The notes beneath the pieces were generated by a model. It did not search any database. It was given only the letters and a program-made list of their open reading frames with translations, and had not been told where the DNA came from. From Eubacteriales bacterium (lineage in GTDB: Bacteria > Bacillota > Clostridia > Oscillospirales > SIG627): a stretch of DNA of 55,101 nt. The position numbers and the translations under genes are program-made. The stretch spans positions 1 to 55,101 of the forward strand of contig JAZOVP010000099.1 of the NCBI GenBank assembly GCA_045658765.1, in the 5' to 3' direction. Positions 1-9,719 of this stretch are shown piece after piece; positions within the stretch are counted from its first letter, which is position 1; every line of letters begins with the position of its first letter.

Positions 1-1
1 C

Positions 2-214
2 TATTATGAATTCCTCTTTGTGCGCGGAGCGAAAACACTTTTTACCGATACGCTTAACAACGTTGATTTTACACTTTCAGACCACCCTGCAAACCGTTTT
101 CGTCTCTTGGTTTACGAAAAGGGATTTGATACTCCCGCGTGGTTTCGCCGCAGCGTGATGTATCAGGTTTTCCCTGACCGCTTTGCATTCTCCGCCGATG
201 ACACGGCGAAAAAA
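2..214 (+). pseudogene. GH13 (alpha-amylase family) N-terminal fragment. It is open at the window edge and loses family similarity after about nt 200-230.
   Basis: The translation contains WFRRSVMYQVFPDRF, the typical motif at the start of the neopullulanase/alpha-amylase catalytic domain. Downstream, the frame is just the antisense of the opposing transporter fragment. Confidence 0.4.
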
Positions 215-376
215 GGTGTGGAATACCATCGCGGGAATCAAAAAATTGTTTTCCAGCTTGGAAATCACCTTCGCGCTCTCTTCGGGAATCGCGCGGAAGC
301 GAATCAAGCAAAATCCGAGCAGAATAAAGAAAAAAAGATAAGCCATTTGGCTTAAAGTGGATAAAAATAACTGCAT
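209..376 (-). pseudogene. AEC (auxin efflux carrier) family transporter, N-terminal ~56 aa only
   Basis: MQLFLSTLSQMAYLFFFILLGFCLIRFRAIPEESAKVISKLENNFLIPAMVFHTFF resembles the first two TM segments of AEC permeases. A GGGGA RBS lies upstream of the ATG at 376. The rest of the frame is antisense of the GH13 fragment. Confidence 0.4.
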
Positions 377-439
377 AAAATCCCCTTTTTGTTTTTTTAC
401 TCTCAAAAGTATACTTCTTTTTGATCAAAAAAGCAAGAG

Positions 440-475
440 ATCAGCCCGAGCATTTTGCTCGGGCTGATTTTATCA
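440..475. terminator. Bidirectional rho-independent terminator at the end of the aro operon
   Basis: 12-bp perfect stem ATCAGCCCGAGC / GCTCGGGCTGAT with a 5-nt loop and T-rich runs on both sides. Confidence 0.7.
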
Positions 476-1498
476 TTTTAAGGTATCGGCAATCTTGAAA
501 ATCAGTTCTTCCGATTTTTTCCAGCCAAGGCAAGGATCGGTAATCGATTTTCCAAATGTGTTCTCGCCAATCTTCTGCGCGCCGTCTTCCAGGTAGCTTT
601 CAATCATCAGCCCCTTCACCATACCGCGAATATCTTGGTTGTGATTGCAACTGTAAACCACATCCTGGGCAATGCGAATCTGTTCTAAATATCGCTTTCC
701 CGAATTTGCGTGGTTGGTATCAATAATCACCGCAGGGTTTTGAAGGGTGCTCTCGGCATATAAAGCCGAAAGCTCCAGCAGGTTTTCATAGTGGTAATTC
801 GAAACCGTCTTTCCCGTAAAATCAATATATCCGCGCAAAATCGCGTGGGCATAGGGGTTTCCGTCGCTGTGAACCTCCCATCCGCGATATAAAAATGTGT
901 GCGCTCCTTGCGCGGCATGGATCGAATTCATCAAAACATGAAGATCCCCGCTCGTTGGGTTTTTCATCCCAACAGGAATATCCATTCCACTTGCCGCAAG
1001 GCGGTGCTGCTGATTCTCCACCGATCTTGCCCCCACCGCAACATATCCCAAAAGATCCGATAAATAGCGATGATTTTCAGGGTAAAGCATCTCATCCGCG
1101 CAGGTAAATCCAAAATCGGAAAGCGCCGCGCGGTGCAGTTCTCGAATGGCAATAATCCCCTTGAGCATATCGGGTCGCGAGGCGGGATCGGGCTGGTGAA
1201 GCATGCCCTTATAGCCATCGCCCGTGGTGCGGGGCTTGTTGGTATAAATCCTCGGAATAATCAAAAGCTTTTCTTTGGTTTCTTCTGCCACCCGGGCAAG
1301 TTTTTCCAAATACGAGAGCACCGCCTCGGAGTTATCGGCAGAGCAAGGCCCAATCACCAAAACAAATTTTTGGCTCTTTCCCGAAAAAACATCGCGAAGC
1401 TCATTTAGGGTTTCTTCCCGCTTTTTTGCCCATTCCTCTTTCACGGGAAATTGGGCTTTGATTTCTTTGGGAATGGGAAGTTTGCGAATGAAATTCAT
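473..1498 (-). CDS. aroF: 3-deoxy-7-phosphoheptulonate (DAHP) synthase, class I alpha
   Basis: Full-length similarity to E. coli AroG-type enzymes (GPCS, KPRTT, VGARSVENQ, HANS motifs). Its ATG overlaps the tyrA stop (ATGA). Confidence 0.9.
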   Translation of the reverse strand: MNFIRKLPIPKEIKAQFPVKEEWAKKREETLNELRDVFSGKSQKFVLVIGPCSADNSEAVLSYLEKLARVAEETKEKLLIIPRIYTNKPRTTGDGYKGMLHQPDPASRPDMLKGIIAIRELHRAALSDFGFTCADEMLYPENHRYLSDLLGYVAVGARSVENQQHRLAASGMDIPVGMKNPTSGDLHVLMNSIHAAQGAHTFLYRGWEVHSDGNPYAHAILRGYIDFTGKTVSNYHYENLLELSALYAESTLQNPAVIIDTNHANSGKRYLEQIRIAQDVVYSCNHNQDIRGMVKGLMIESYLEDGAQKIGENTFGKSITDPCLGWKKSEELIFKIADTLK

Positions 1499-2370
1499 TG
1501 TTTTACTCCTTGTTTGTCAAAAAGCGCTCTTCGCGCTGTGGAAAGTCGCATCATCTCTTTCATCTCTTCCACCTTTTCCTCTTTGATGCAAAGGTATAAG
1601 CGATCAAAGGTTTCGCGGAAGCGATCCATCTCCTGAATCAGAGCGCCCTTATTCAATAAAAACAGCTCCGACCACATATTTTCCTGAATCTTGGCAATGC
1701 GGGTTAAATCGCGAAATGAGTCGCCCGTGTAGTCCACCAGCCCCTCATCGTCTCCCGTGCACATCAAAGAAACCGCGATGCAGTGAGTGAGCTGAGAAAG
1801 AAAGGCAATCATTTCATCGTGCTTTTCGGGGGATAGCACCGAAACCGATCTCACCCCGAGCTCTTTCCCGAGCTCTTTGCAAACTTCAATCGCTTCGGGC
1901 GTGTTTTTCTCGGTGGGCACCACAATGTAGTTTGCGCCCAAAAAGATCGCATCGTCGCTGTTTCTCACCCCGCCCGTTTCTTTTCCTGCCATCGGGTGCG
2001 CGGCAATAAATTCCACCCCCATCGGCAAAAGATCTTGAATGTTCGAAACAATTCCGCTTTTCACACCGGTAACATCGGTTAAAATCGCGCCTGCAGGGAA
2101 TTTCTTTGCGTGTTCTTCGATCCATTCAATCAAAACATGCGGATAAAGCGCAAACACCGTGATTGCGGCATCGCGCAAAAATTCTTCCTTCACTTCGGTT
2201 GCCCCGCGATCAATCAGCCCGTTTTCAAGGGCAAATTTCAGCGAATCGGGATCTTTTTCAATGGCAGAAACCGTGTAGCCCTTCTTTTTGAGCGCTCTGG
2301 CATAGCTTCCGCCCAAAAGCCCAAGGCCAACAATTAAAATTTCGGTTTCCGCATTTTTATTCAGTTTCAT
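1495..2370 (-). CDS. tyrA: Prephenate dehydrogenase
   Basis: N-terminal Rossmann motif VGLGLLGGS and a prephenate dehydrogenase-like body; sits inside the aro operon. Confidence 0.85.
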   Translation of the reverse strand: MKLNKNAETEILIVGLGLLGGSYARALKKKGYTVSAIEKDPDSLKFALENGLIDRGATEVKEEFLRDAAITVFALYPHVLIEWIEEHAKKFPAGAILTDVTGVKSGIVSNIQDLLPMGVEFIAAHPMAGKETGGVRNSDDAIFLGANYIVVPTEKNTPEAIEVCKELGKELGVRSVSVLSPEKHDEMIAFLSQLTHCIAVSLMCTGDDEGLVDYTGDSFRDLTRIAKIQENMWSELFLLNKGALIQEMDRFRETFDRLYLCIKEEKVEEMKEMMRLSTARRALFDKQGVKQ

Positions 2371-3565
2371 TTAAAGTTACTTTCACTCCTAATTTTGCAA
2401 TCCGATCAAAATAATCGGGAAAACTTTTTCTCACCGCCTCCGCACCTCGCAGAGTTCCTCCAAATCGCGAAAGGATTATGCTCATCGCCATTGCAATTCT
2501 GTGATCGTTGTGAGAATCGATGCTCTGTTTCGGCGCCGAAATTCCGCTCGGCACCAAAATTTCATTTTCTTTTATTTCAAGGTGTACCCCGCATTTTGCA
2601 AGTTCCTGCTTCATCGCCTCACCGCGATCGCTTTCCTTCAAGCGAAGGCGGGCAGTGCCAAGAAATTTTGCTCCGTGAAAAGAAGCGGCAAGCGCGAATA
2701 AAATCGGAGCAAGATCAGGGCAATCGGCAAGATCAATTTCGGCAAATCCCGCTTTTAAAGCGCGAAAATGCTCCCGATAAATCCGATCCCCTTGCATCGA
2801 ATCTTCTTTCAGCCCCAAAACTTCCACTTCGCCCCCCAAAAGGGTAAAGGCATCCAAAAAGGCGGCATTGGAAAAATCTCCCTCCACCGTAAAGTTTTGC
2901 GCGGCAAAAACGCTTTTTGCGGGAATCAGAAACGCATTTTCTTCTTTTTGAATCTCCACTCCAAAATCTCTCATCGCAGAAAGTGTGAGATCAAGATACG
3001 AAGCACTTTCGGTTTTTCCGATGATCTCGATTCGGCTCTCTTCGGAAAGGAGCGAGAGGGCAAATAAAAGCCCCGTGATAAATTGGCTCGAAAGATCTCC
3101 GGGAATCCGATAACTCCCCGCAGAAAGTTTTCCCTTCAAGGTAAGGGAATCTTCGGTTTTCTCAAAAAGAAATCCGTTTTCTTTGCAAAGGTTTTCATAA
3201 ATCGAAAGCGGGCGCTCAAAAAGGCGCTTCGCCCCGCGCAGCACGATTTTTTCTCCCGTGATCAGGCAAATCGGAATCAAAAAGCGAAGGGTGCTTCCGC
3301 TTTCTGCGCAAAAAAGTTCTTTTCCCGTGGGGCGGGGAAATAAAATTCCCTTCACCCGCACCGAATTATTTTCAATCTTAAATTCTGCCCCGAGTTCGCT
3401 CAGAGAAGCGATCGTGGCCTTAATATCCTCCGAAAATTCAATCGGAGAAATTGTGCTTTCCCCATTTGCAAAAGCCGCGCAAATCAGCGCGCGGTGCGCC
3501 ATGCTCTTGGAAGGCGGTGCCGAAAGAGAGCCCTTTGCAAACGAGGGAGTAAAAATCGCATTCAT
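2357..3565 (-). CDS. aroA: 3-phosphoshikimate 1-carboxyvinyltransferase (EPSP synthase)
   Basis: PPSKSMAHRALI motif, ~400 aa, EPSP synthase-like throughout. Confidence 0.9.
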   Translation of the reverse strand: MNAIFTPSFAKGSLSAPPSKSMAHRALICAAFANGESTISPIEFSEDIKATIASLSELGAEFKIENNSVRVKGILFPRPTGKELFCAESGSTLRFLIPICLITGEKIVLRGAKRLFERPLSIYENLCKENGFLFEKTEDSLTLKGKLSAGSYRIPGDLSSQFITGLLFALSLLSEESRIEIIGKTESASYLDLTLSAMRDFGVEIQKEENAFLIPAKSVFAAQNFTVEGDFSNAAFLDAFTLLGGEVEVLGLKEDSMQGDRIYREHFRALKAGFAEIDLADCPDLAPILFALAASFHGAKFLGTARLRLKESDRGEAMKQELAKCGVHLEIKENEILVPSGISAPKQSIDSHNDHRIAMAMSIILSRFGGTLRGAEAVRKSFPDYFDRIAKLGVKVTLNETE

Positions 3566-4002
3566 GCTTTTTTTCCTTTTTGATCGATCAAAAGATCCAT
3601 CGCTTCCAAATATCCGTCAAAGCCCTTGCCCGAAATTGTTTTTATGCAGGCAGAGCGAACAAAACTGATCCGGCGAAATTCTTCCCGCTCGGAAACTTTG
3701 GAAATATGCACCTCCACCGCCGGAATCGAAACACTCTTCAGCGCATCCAAAATCGCCACGCTCGTATGGGTGTATGCCGCGGGATTGATCACAATCCCAT
3801 CGATTCTTCCATAGGCGCTTTGAATGGCATCCACCAAAGCTCCTTCGTGGTTTGATTGAAAAATCTCCACTTCAATCGCTCTTTTCTTCGCGTGCTCTTC
3901 AATGAGCGCGCAAAGCTCGGCATAGGTGCCCTTTCCGTAGTGTTCGGGCTCGCGAATCCCCAAAAAATTGAGGTTCGGGCCGTTTAAAACCATCAGTTTC
4001 AT
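3562..4002 (-). CDS. aroQ: Type II 3-dehydroquinate dehydratase
   Basis: MKLMVLNGPNLNFLGIREPEHYG and NPAAYTHTSVA motifs; 146 aa. Confidence 0.9.
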   Translation of the reverse strand: MKLMVLNGPNLNFLGIREPEHYGKGTYAELCALIEEHAKKRAIEVEIFQSNHEGALVDAIQSAYGRIDGIVINPAAYTHTSVAILDALKSVSIPAVEVHISKVSEREEFRRISFVRSACIKTISGKGFDGYLEAMDLLIDQKGKKA

Positions 4003-5231
4003 TGCAGTTCCTTCTGTATTTTCAGTAAATTTTCTTCTAAATTTCGCGTGATCGGAATTTTCTTATCGCAAACTGTGCAGTAAATCCCGTAGCGCTCTTC
4101 GTATCGTTTTTTCAGATCCTCGGGCGTGGAGGAAAGCGGTCTTGATGCCGTGCTCTGAAGATCCGAAAGCGGCGCATCCAAAAAGAAAATCCGCCCGTTT
4201 TGCTTCAGTGCCGAAACATTTTCCTCGCGCAAAATCGCGCCTCCGCCCACCGCGATCACGCATCCGCCTTTTTTTGCGATTTCGCGGATCACGCGCGTTT
4301 CAATCTTTCGAAAAGCATCTTCGCCGCCTTCGGCAAAAATTGCGGGAATCGATTTTTTCTCTTCTTTTTCAATCACTTCATCGCTATCGATAAAATCTTT
4401 TCCCAGTAGATTGGCAAGTTCTTTTCCGATCGTGCTCTTCCCGCAAGCGGGCATCCCGATCAAAACAAGATTTTCCTGTTTTTTCAAAATAAAATCAAAA
4501 AGCGGCTCGATCATAGAAGATAGATCCTCTTTTTCGGCAAAAATCTCTGCCGCAAATCCCGCCTGCGCCACCAGCATAAAAAGCCCGCCAATCGCAGGAA
4601 TCCCGCGCTTTTCGGCTTCTCTTAGAAGCTTTGTTTTCAAAGGATTATAGATCACATCCATCACTCCCGAAAGATTCGGAAAAAAGGAAAGATCAATCGG
4701 CAAAGCATCGATTTCGGGGTGCATTCCCACGGGTGTGGTGTTCAGAATCACCTCGGTTTCCGAGCGCCCAAGCGCTTCTTCATAGGAAAGGGAGCCGTCT
4801 TTTTTGGTTCTGCCAACCCGAACTGCGCTTTTTGCGCCAAGAGCGGTGCAAAGCGCCAAGGCGGTTTTGGAGGTGCCGCCCGTGCCGAGAATCAAAACAT
4901 TTTTATTCTGAATCCCAATCCTGCCCTTTTCGAGCGCCGCTTTCATTCCCGCAAAATCGGTGTTGAAGCCAAAAAGCTTGCCATTTCGGTTTACCACCGT
5001 GTTCACCGCGCCGATTTTTTCCGCTTCGGGTGAAATTTTGTCTAAATAAGAAATCACATCGCTTTTATAGGGAATGGTAACATTGATTCCCCGAAAATCG
5101 CGCGATTTCATAAAGGAATCAAATTCTTCTTTTTTCACGGGGCAGAGCTCATATTCATAAAGCCCGATTTTCGAATGAAGGATCTCGGAAAAACTGTGCC
5201 CCAAGGTTTCTCCGATCAGTCCGTATTTCAT
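3999..5231 (-). CDS. aroE-aroK: Bifunctional shikimate dehydrogenase / shikimate kinase fusion
   Basis: The N-terminus is AroE-like (YGLIGETLGHSFS, NVTIPYK). The C-terminus is shikimate kinase-like with P-loop GMPACGKSTIGK. Start reset from TTG 5249 to ATG 5231, which has a GGAGAA RBS. Confidence 0.85.
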   Translation of the reverse strand: MKYGLIGETLGHSFSEILHSKIGLYEYELCPVKKEEFDSFMKSRDFRGINVTIPYKSDVISYLDKISPEAEKIGAVNTVVNRNGKLFGFNTDFAGMKAALEKGRIGIQNKNVLILGTGGTSKTALALCTALGAKSAVRVGRTKKDGSLSYEEALGRSETEVILNTTPVGMHPEIDALPIDLSFFPNLSGVMDVIYNPLKTKLLREAEKRGIPAIGGLFMLVAQAGFAAEIFAEKEDLSSMIEPLFDFILKKQENLVLIGMPACGKSTIGKELANLLGKDFIDSDEVIEKEEKKSIPAIFAEGGEDAFRKIETRVIREIAKKGGCVIAVGGGAILREENVSALKQNGRIFFLDAPLSDLQSTASRPLSSTPEDLKKRYEERYGIYCTVCDKKIPITRNLEENLLKIQKELQ

Positions 5232-5232
5232 G

Positions 5233-6327
5233 TTAGTTCTCCGGTGCAAAAAAATCCGTGCCGAATCGTGCGCTCAGCGCATCAAAAATCACAAGCGCCG
5301 CAATCGCATCCACCACCGCACCCGCTCTGTGCACAATGCAGGGATCGTGGCGCCCTTTTGCGGAAAGCACGCATTCTTTTTTCGTTTTGAAATCCACTGT
5401 GTTTTGCTCTTTTGCAATGGTGGGGGTGGGTTTGATTGCCACCGAAAAACGGATCGGCATCCCGTTTGAAATCCCGCCATTGATTCCGCCGTTGTGATTC
5501 GTGCGGGTTTTGATGGCACCATTTTCATTCAGGCAAAATTCATCGTTTGCCTCGCTTCCGCGCATGGCGGCAAAGCCAAAGCCCTCGCCAAATTCCACTC
5601 CCTTCACCGCAGGAATCGAAAAGAGCGCGTGGGATAAAAGGCCTTCCAGCGTGTCAAACCAAGGTTCGCCCACTCCCGCGGGCATCCCGAGAATGCAAGT
5701 TTCAAGAATCCCGCCCAAGCTGTCGCCTTCGTTTTTGGCAAAAAGAATTTCATTTTGCATCTTCTCGCCCGCTTCTTCATCAAGCACGGCAAATTGCTTT
5801 CCCGAAAGAGAAAGAATATCACTCTCTTCGTTTTCAAATCCGCGATCCGAAATGCTTCCGATCGATTTGATATGAGTGCCGATCAAAATTCCTTTTTCGC
5901 GCAAAGCATCATATAAAATTGCCCCCGCCGCCACAAGTGCCGCAGTGATTCTGCCCGAAAAATGGCCGCCCCCGCGCACATCCTGAAATCCGTGGTATTT
6001 TATCTCGGCGCAAAAATCCGCGTGGCCGGGGCGAAGCGGCATCGAATCATAATCAGAGGAGTTCTGATTTTGGTTTTCAATCAAAAGGCAAAGGGGAGTG
6101 CCCGTGGTTTTTCCATTGCAAACTCCGCTCACAATCGAAAAAGCATCTTCTTCTCTGCGCGGGGTGGAAATTTTTCCCCAAGGTCTGCGCCTCAAAAGCG
6201 CCTTTTTGATGCTGTCTTCCGAAATCGAAATTCCGGGTGCAAGTCCATCGAGCACAAAGCCGATCTTTTCCCCGTGGCTTTCTCCGAAAAGCGTGAGCAC
6301 CACAGAAGAACCAAAACTGTTTTTCAT
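5233..6327 (-). CDS. aroC: Chorismate synthase
   Basis: FGESHG, RPGHAD and GRHDPC motifs; 364 aa. Confidence 0.9.
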   Translation of the reverse strand: MKNSFGSSVVLTLFGESHGEKIGFVLDGLAPGISISEDSIKKALLRRRPWGKISTPRREEDAFSIVSGVCNGKTTGTPLCLLIENQNQNSSDYDSMPLRPGHADFCAEIKYHGFQDVRGGGHFSGRITAALVAAGAILYDALREKGILIGTHIKSIGSISDRGFENEESDILSLSGKQFAVLDEEAGEKMQNEILFAKNEGDSLGGILETCILGMPAGVGEPWFDTLEGLLSHALFSIPAVKGVEFGEGFGFAAMRGSEANDEFCLNENGAIKTRTNHNGGINGGISNGMPIRFSVAIKPTPTIAKEQNTVDFKTKKECVLSAKGRHDPCIVHRAGAVVDAIAALVIFDALSARFGTDFFAPEN

Positions 6328-6331
6328 TTTC

Positions 6332-7339
6332 TTATCCTTTCATTTTGTTCGCAAAAAGCGAAAAAGGAATGGTTTCCATTCGGTGCGAGCCGATTTGATC
6401 CACGCGGATCAGCGTGATCTGATCCCCCGCGGTTTTTTTATCTTTTTGCATCGCCCCGATCAATTTTTCCTTGGAAAATTCACATTCGGTGGGAAGCCCC
6501 ATCTTTTCAAGCACCGCCAAAATTCGGTTTGCCGCCTCGGGAGCACACATCGGAATCATCCCAATCGCCACGCATTCCCCGTGAAGCAGGGGATTTTTGC
6601 CCTTGTGGCTCTCGCGCTCGATCGCGTGGCCAAGGGTGTGCCCGAAATTGAGCACCTTGCGCTTTCCGCCTTCCTTTTCGTCTTCTTCCACCACCATCTT
6701 TTTGATCCGAAGTGATTTTTCAATCACGGTTTCGATTTTTTCCATCGGATCCTCGGTTTCCAAAAACGAAAAGAATTCTTCATCGAAGGTGGAAGCCATT
6801 TTCACCGCTTCGGCAAGTCCCGCCGCGATCTGCCGTTTCGGCAGAGAAAAAAGCGTGTTGGGATCAATCAAAACCGCCTTCGGCGGATAAAATGCCCCCA
6901 CCATGTTTTTATAACCGTCAAAATTCACCGCCACTTTTCCGCCAATGGACGAATCCACCTGCGAAAGAAGGGTGGTGGGAATGTTGTAAAAATCCACCCC
7001 TCGCAAAAACGATGCGGCAACAAAGCCCGCCAAATCTCCGATCACTCCGCCCCCAATGGCAATCACGCAGTCGGTGCGGGAAAATCCCTCCTCGAGCATG
7101 GTTTTGATAATCGCCTCAAAGGAAGCCAAGGTTTTCGATTCCTCTCCTGCGGGCAACACAAAAACTCTGTTTTCCTTGCACTGGGAAGAAATCGTATCAA
7201 TATATTCTTTCGGAATGTTTTCATCGGTGATAATCATGCACTTGCGCGAAAGATCAAGCTTTTCTCCCGCGCTCTTCAGTGCCCCCCGCTCCAAGTGGAT
7301 CGGGTAAGAGCCCGTCGAGGTGGCAACGGATAAAATCAT
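6332..7339 (-). CDS. aroB: 3-dehydroquinate synthase
   Basis: GGGVIGDLAGF, PTTLLSQVDSSIGGK and HTLGHAIE motifs. Confidence 0.9.
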   Translation of the reverse strand: MILSVATSTGSYPIHLERGALKSAGEKLDLSRKCMIITDENIPKEYIDTISSQCKENRVFVLPAGEESKTLASFEAIIKTMLEEGFSRTDCVIAIGGGVIGDLAGFVAASFLRGVDFYNIPTTLLSQVDSSIGGKVAVNFDGYKNMVGAFYPPKAVLIDPNTLFSLPKRQIAAGLAEAVKMASTFDEEFFSFLETEDPMEKIETVIEKSLRIKKMVVEEDEKEGGKRKVLNFGHTLGHAIERESHKGKNPLLHGECVAIGMIPMCAPEAANRILAVLEKMGLPTECEFSKEKLIGAMQKDKKTAGDQITLIRVDQIGSHRMETIPFSLFANKMKG

Positions 7340-8445
7340 ACTTCCTCCTGAATGAAAACGCTTGTGTTTTCAAAAGCACCCAAAATTTTCAGATCGTTGC
7401 AGTTTTCTTTTAATAAAGCAAGCATTTTTTCGCCCTCAGGGCTTCGAATATCGCCCTCGCCCTCGCAGAAAAAGTAGTATTCCCACGAAAGGTTTTTGGT
7501 GGGGCGGCTCTTGATGGCGCGCAGGTTGAATCCGTGCGTTCCAATGGCAGAAATTGCCTTCGCCAAAGCGCCCGCTTCGTTTTTCACGGTAAAAAGCATC
7601 AGAAAATGGCGATCGTTTTCGGAATGGGCCTTCTCCGCGCGGGAAAACACCGCAAATCGAGTGGTGTTTCCGCCTTTTTCGTGAATATGATTTCGCAAAA
7701 TTTCAAGCGAATATTCCTCCGCCGCCTCGGCACTGGCAATCGCCGCAAGGGTGGGATCTTGGCTTTGGGCCACCATCTTTGCCGCTTCGGCAGTGGTGGC
7801 GGCTTCCATGGTTTTCACTCCCATCTTCTTCAAAAAAGCCGCGCATTGGCCAAGCGCTTGCGGATGGCTGATCACGCATTTGATCTCGGAAAGGGAAGTG
7901 CCCTTTTTTGCCAAAAGGTTTTGCACCACTTCTATTTCATAAATTCCGCTCACAAAAAGCGAACCGAAAAACGAAAGATCCATCACTTTCCCAACATCGC
8001 CGTTGGTGCTGTTTTCCAAAGGAAGCACCGCCGCATCGCATTTGCCCTCTTCCACCGCGCGATAAGCGGCGGCAAAATCAGAAAAAGGGCAAAGGGTGGC
8101 ATCGGGGAAAATGCGCTTTGCGGCAAGCTGGGCAAAAGCGCCGGGAGTGCCCGCATAAGCAATCTGCATTCCGTTTAAAAGGCGGGATTGATAGTTTTTC
8201 GAAAGATCCATCAAGGAGTGCAAAAAATTCACATAATAATCGCGCACCGAGTCGCTTTCAATGCGCTCAGCCCCGCGCGCAATCACCTGTGCTTCTCGCG
8301 CAGAATCAAAAATCGGCATCCCCACTTCTTTTTTGTAAAGAGCCACTTTTTTTGCTTCTTTCATTCGCTTTTCAAAAAGGCGAGCCATTTCGGCATCGAT
8401 CTTGTCGATCTCCTGTCTTGCCTCTTCCAAAAGAGATTGTTTCAT
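7336..8445 (-). CDS. pheA: Bifunctional chorismate mutase / prephenate dehydratase (P-protein)
   Basis: N-terminal AroQ-type chorismate mutase helix (IDKIDAEMARLFEKRM), followed by a prephenate dehydratase domain and a C-terminal ACT-like domain (TRFAVF, GALAKA). Confidence 0.85.
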   Translation of the reverse strand: MKQSLLEEARQEIDKIDAEMARLFEKRMKEAKKVALYKKEVGMPIFDSAREAQVIARGAERIESDSVRDYYVNFLHSLMDLSKNYQSRLLNGMQIAYAGTPGAFAQLAAKRIFPDATLCPFSDFAAAYRAVEEGKCDAAVLPLENSTNGDVGKVMDLSFFGSLFVSGIYEIEVVQNLLAKKGTSLSEIKCVISHPQALGQCAAFLKKMGVKTMEAATTAEAAKMVAQSQDPTLAAIASAEAAEEYSLEILRNHIHEKGGNTTRFAVFSRAEKAHSENDRHFLMLFTVKNEAGALAKAISAIGTHGFNLRAIKSRPTKNLSWEYYFFCEGEGDIRSPEGEKMLALLKENCNDLKILGAFENTSVFIQEEV

Positions 8446-9629
8446 TTTTTATATTCCTCCATCAAGGCACGAAATGCCGGCAAGGATTTTTCAATGGTTT
8501 CTTTTTTCACGCAGTAGGCAATTCTCACAAAGCCCTTCACCCCAAAGGAATCACTCGGCACAATCAAAAGCTCGTATTTCTTTGCTTTTTCGGCAAAGGC
8601 AGAAGCATCCTCCTCGGGAGATTTCACAAAAAGATAAAATGCGCCCTGCGGCGGGGTAACGGTATAGCCCATTTCGGTCAGGGCATCTGCCAGAATCGCG
8701 CCGTTTTCGCGATAGGATTCAATATCGCTTGTGAGCCCTTGGCATTTTGCAATGAGCCGCTGCCAAATCGAAGGTGCGCAAACAAATCCAAGAGATCTGC
8801 CCGCCCCGCAAATGGCGGCAAACACATCCTCTTTTTCGGGGCATTTTGCCGATACCATCAAATAACCGATTCGCTCGCCCGGCAGGGAGAGGGATTTGCT
8901 ATAAGAATAAGCCACCAGCGTGCGATCATAAATCGCGGGAAGATAAGGCACCGCGCCTTCTTCATAATAAAGCTCGCGATAGGGCTCGTCGGCAAGAAGG
9001 AAAATTTCAGTTTTGAATTCCTTCTCTTTCTTTTTCAGAATCTCGGCAAGCTTTTCAAGACTCTCTTTGCTGTAAACCGCACCGGTGGGGTTGTTCGGAG
9101 AGTTGAGGAGCAAAACCTTGGTTTTGGGGGTAATTGCCTTTTCAATCGCCAAAAGATCAAGCTGGAAAGAGGGCTGGGTGCATAAAACAGGCACCAAAAC
9201 CCCGCCCGCCTTTTCGCAGAAAACGCGATATTCAGGGAAAAACGGAGCAGGCACAAGCACCTCTTCTCCGGGCAATAAAACCGCGTGGAGCGCGGTGGTA
9301 AGCGATGCCGCGGCACCGCAAGTCATATAAATCAAATTCGGCGAAGCGGGGAAACCAAAGCGATTCTCAATCGAAGAAGCAATCGCACTGCGCACTCCCA
9401 TATCCCCCGCAGAAGAGGTGTAGCCGTGAAGAAGGCAGGGATCGGTGTTTTCCGCAAGATCAATCAATGCCTCGCGCACCGCATCGGGCGCGGGGATCGA
9501 GGGATTTCCGAGCGAAAAATCAAACACATTCTCCGCACCGATTTCGGCCTTTCTTTTGGCACCGTATTCACTGATCGCGCGAATCACCGAACTTTGTTTT
9601 CCAAGCATAAGCATTTTTTCCGAGAGCAT
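8442..9629 (-). CDS. Class I/II PLP-dependent (aromatic/aspartate) aminotransferase; first gene of the aro operon
   Basis: SYSKSLSLPGERIGY lysine motif and NSPNNPTG. Start reset to ATG 9629 (MLSEKML...), preceded by TAGGAGGAAATTT. The ORF-track extension to 9686 runs into the terminator. Confidence 0.85.
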   Translation of the reverse strand: MLSEKMLMLGKQSSVIRAISEYGAKRKAEIGAENVFDFSLGNPSIPAPDAVREALIDLAENTDPCLLHGYTSSAGDMGVRSAIASSIENRFGFPASPNLIYMTCGAAASLTTALHAVLLPGEEVLVPAPFFPEYRVFCEKAGGVLVPVLCTQPSFQLDLLAIEKAITPKTKVLLLNSPNNPTGAVYSKESLEKLAEILKKKEKEFKTEIFLLADEPYRELYYEEGAVPYLPAIYDRTLVAYSYSKSLSLPGERIGYLMVSAKCPEKEDVFAAICGAGRSLGFVCAPSIWQRLIAKCQGLTSDIESYRENGAILADALTEMGYTVTPPQGAFYLFVKSPEEDASAFAEKAKKYELLIVPSDSFGVKGFVRIAYCVKKETIEKSLPAFRALMEEYKK

Positions 9630-9644
9630 AAATTTCCTCCTATC

Positions 9645-9697
9645 AAATAAAAAAGCCCGCACCTTCATACGCTCAAAAGAACGCACAAATTGCGGAC
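9645..9697 (-). terminator. Leader (attenuator) terminator upstream of the aro operon
   Basis: RNA sense: GUCCGCA ... UGCGGGC outer stem (7 bp, one G-U) enclosing an inner hairpin UGUGCGUUC-UUUU-GAGCGUAUG, followed by UUUUUUAUUU. It lies between the leader ORF and the first structural gene. Confidence 0.55.
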
Positions 9698-9719
9698 AAT
9701 CTGAATCCCTTGGAAAGAA

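Noticed and set aside
7908-9185. 425-aa plus-strand ORF, with similar long ORFs at 10035-10865 (+), 23342-24136 (-), 30278-31057 (-), 32534-33628 (-), 37208-38170 (-) and 41809-42687 (-)
   Set aside because: All lie antisense to genes with clear family identity and a good RBS. Their translations are low-complexity (rich in R/K/F/G), have no recognisable motifs and no RBS. They look like shadow ORFs produced by the codon bias of the real genes.
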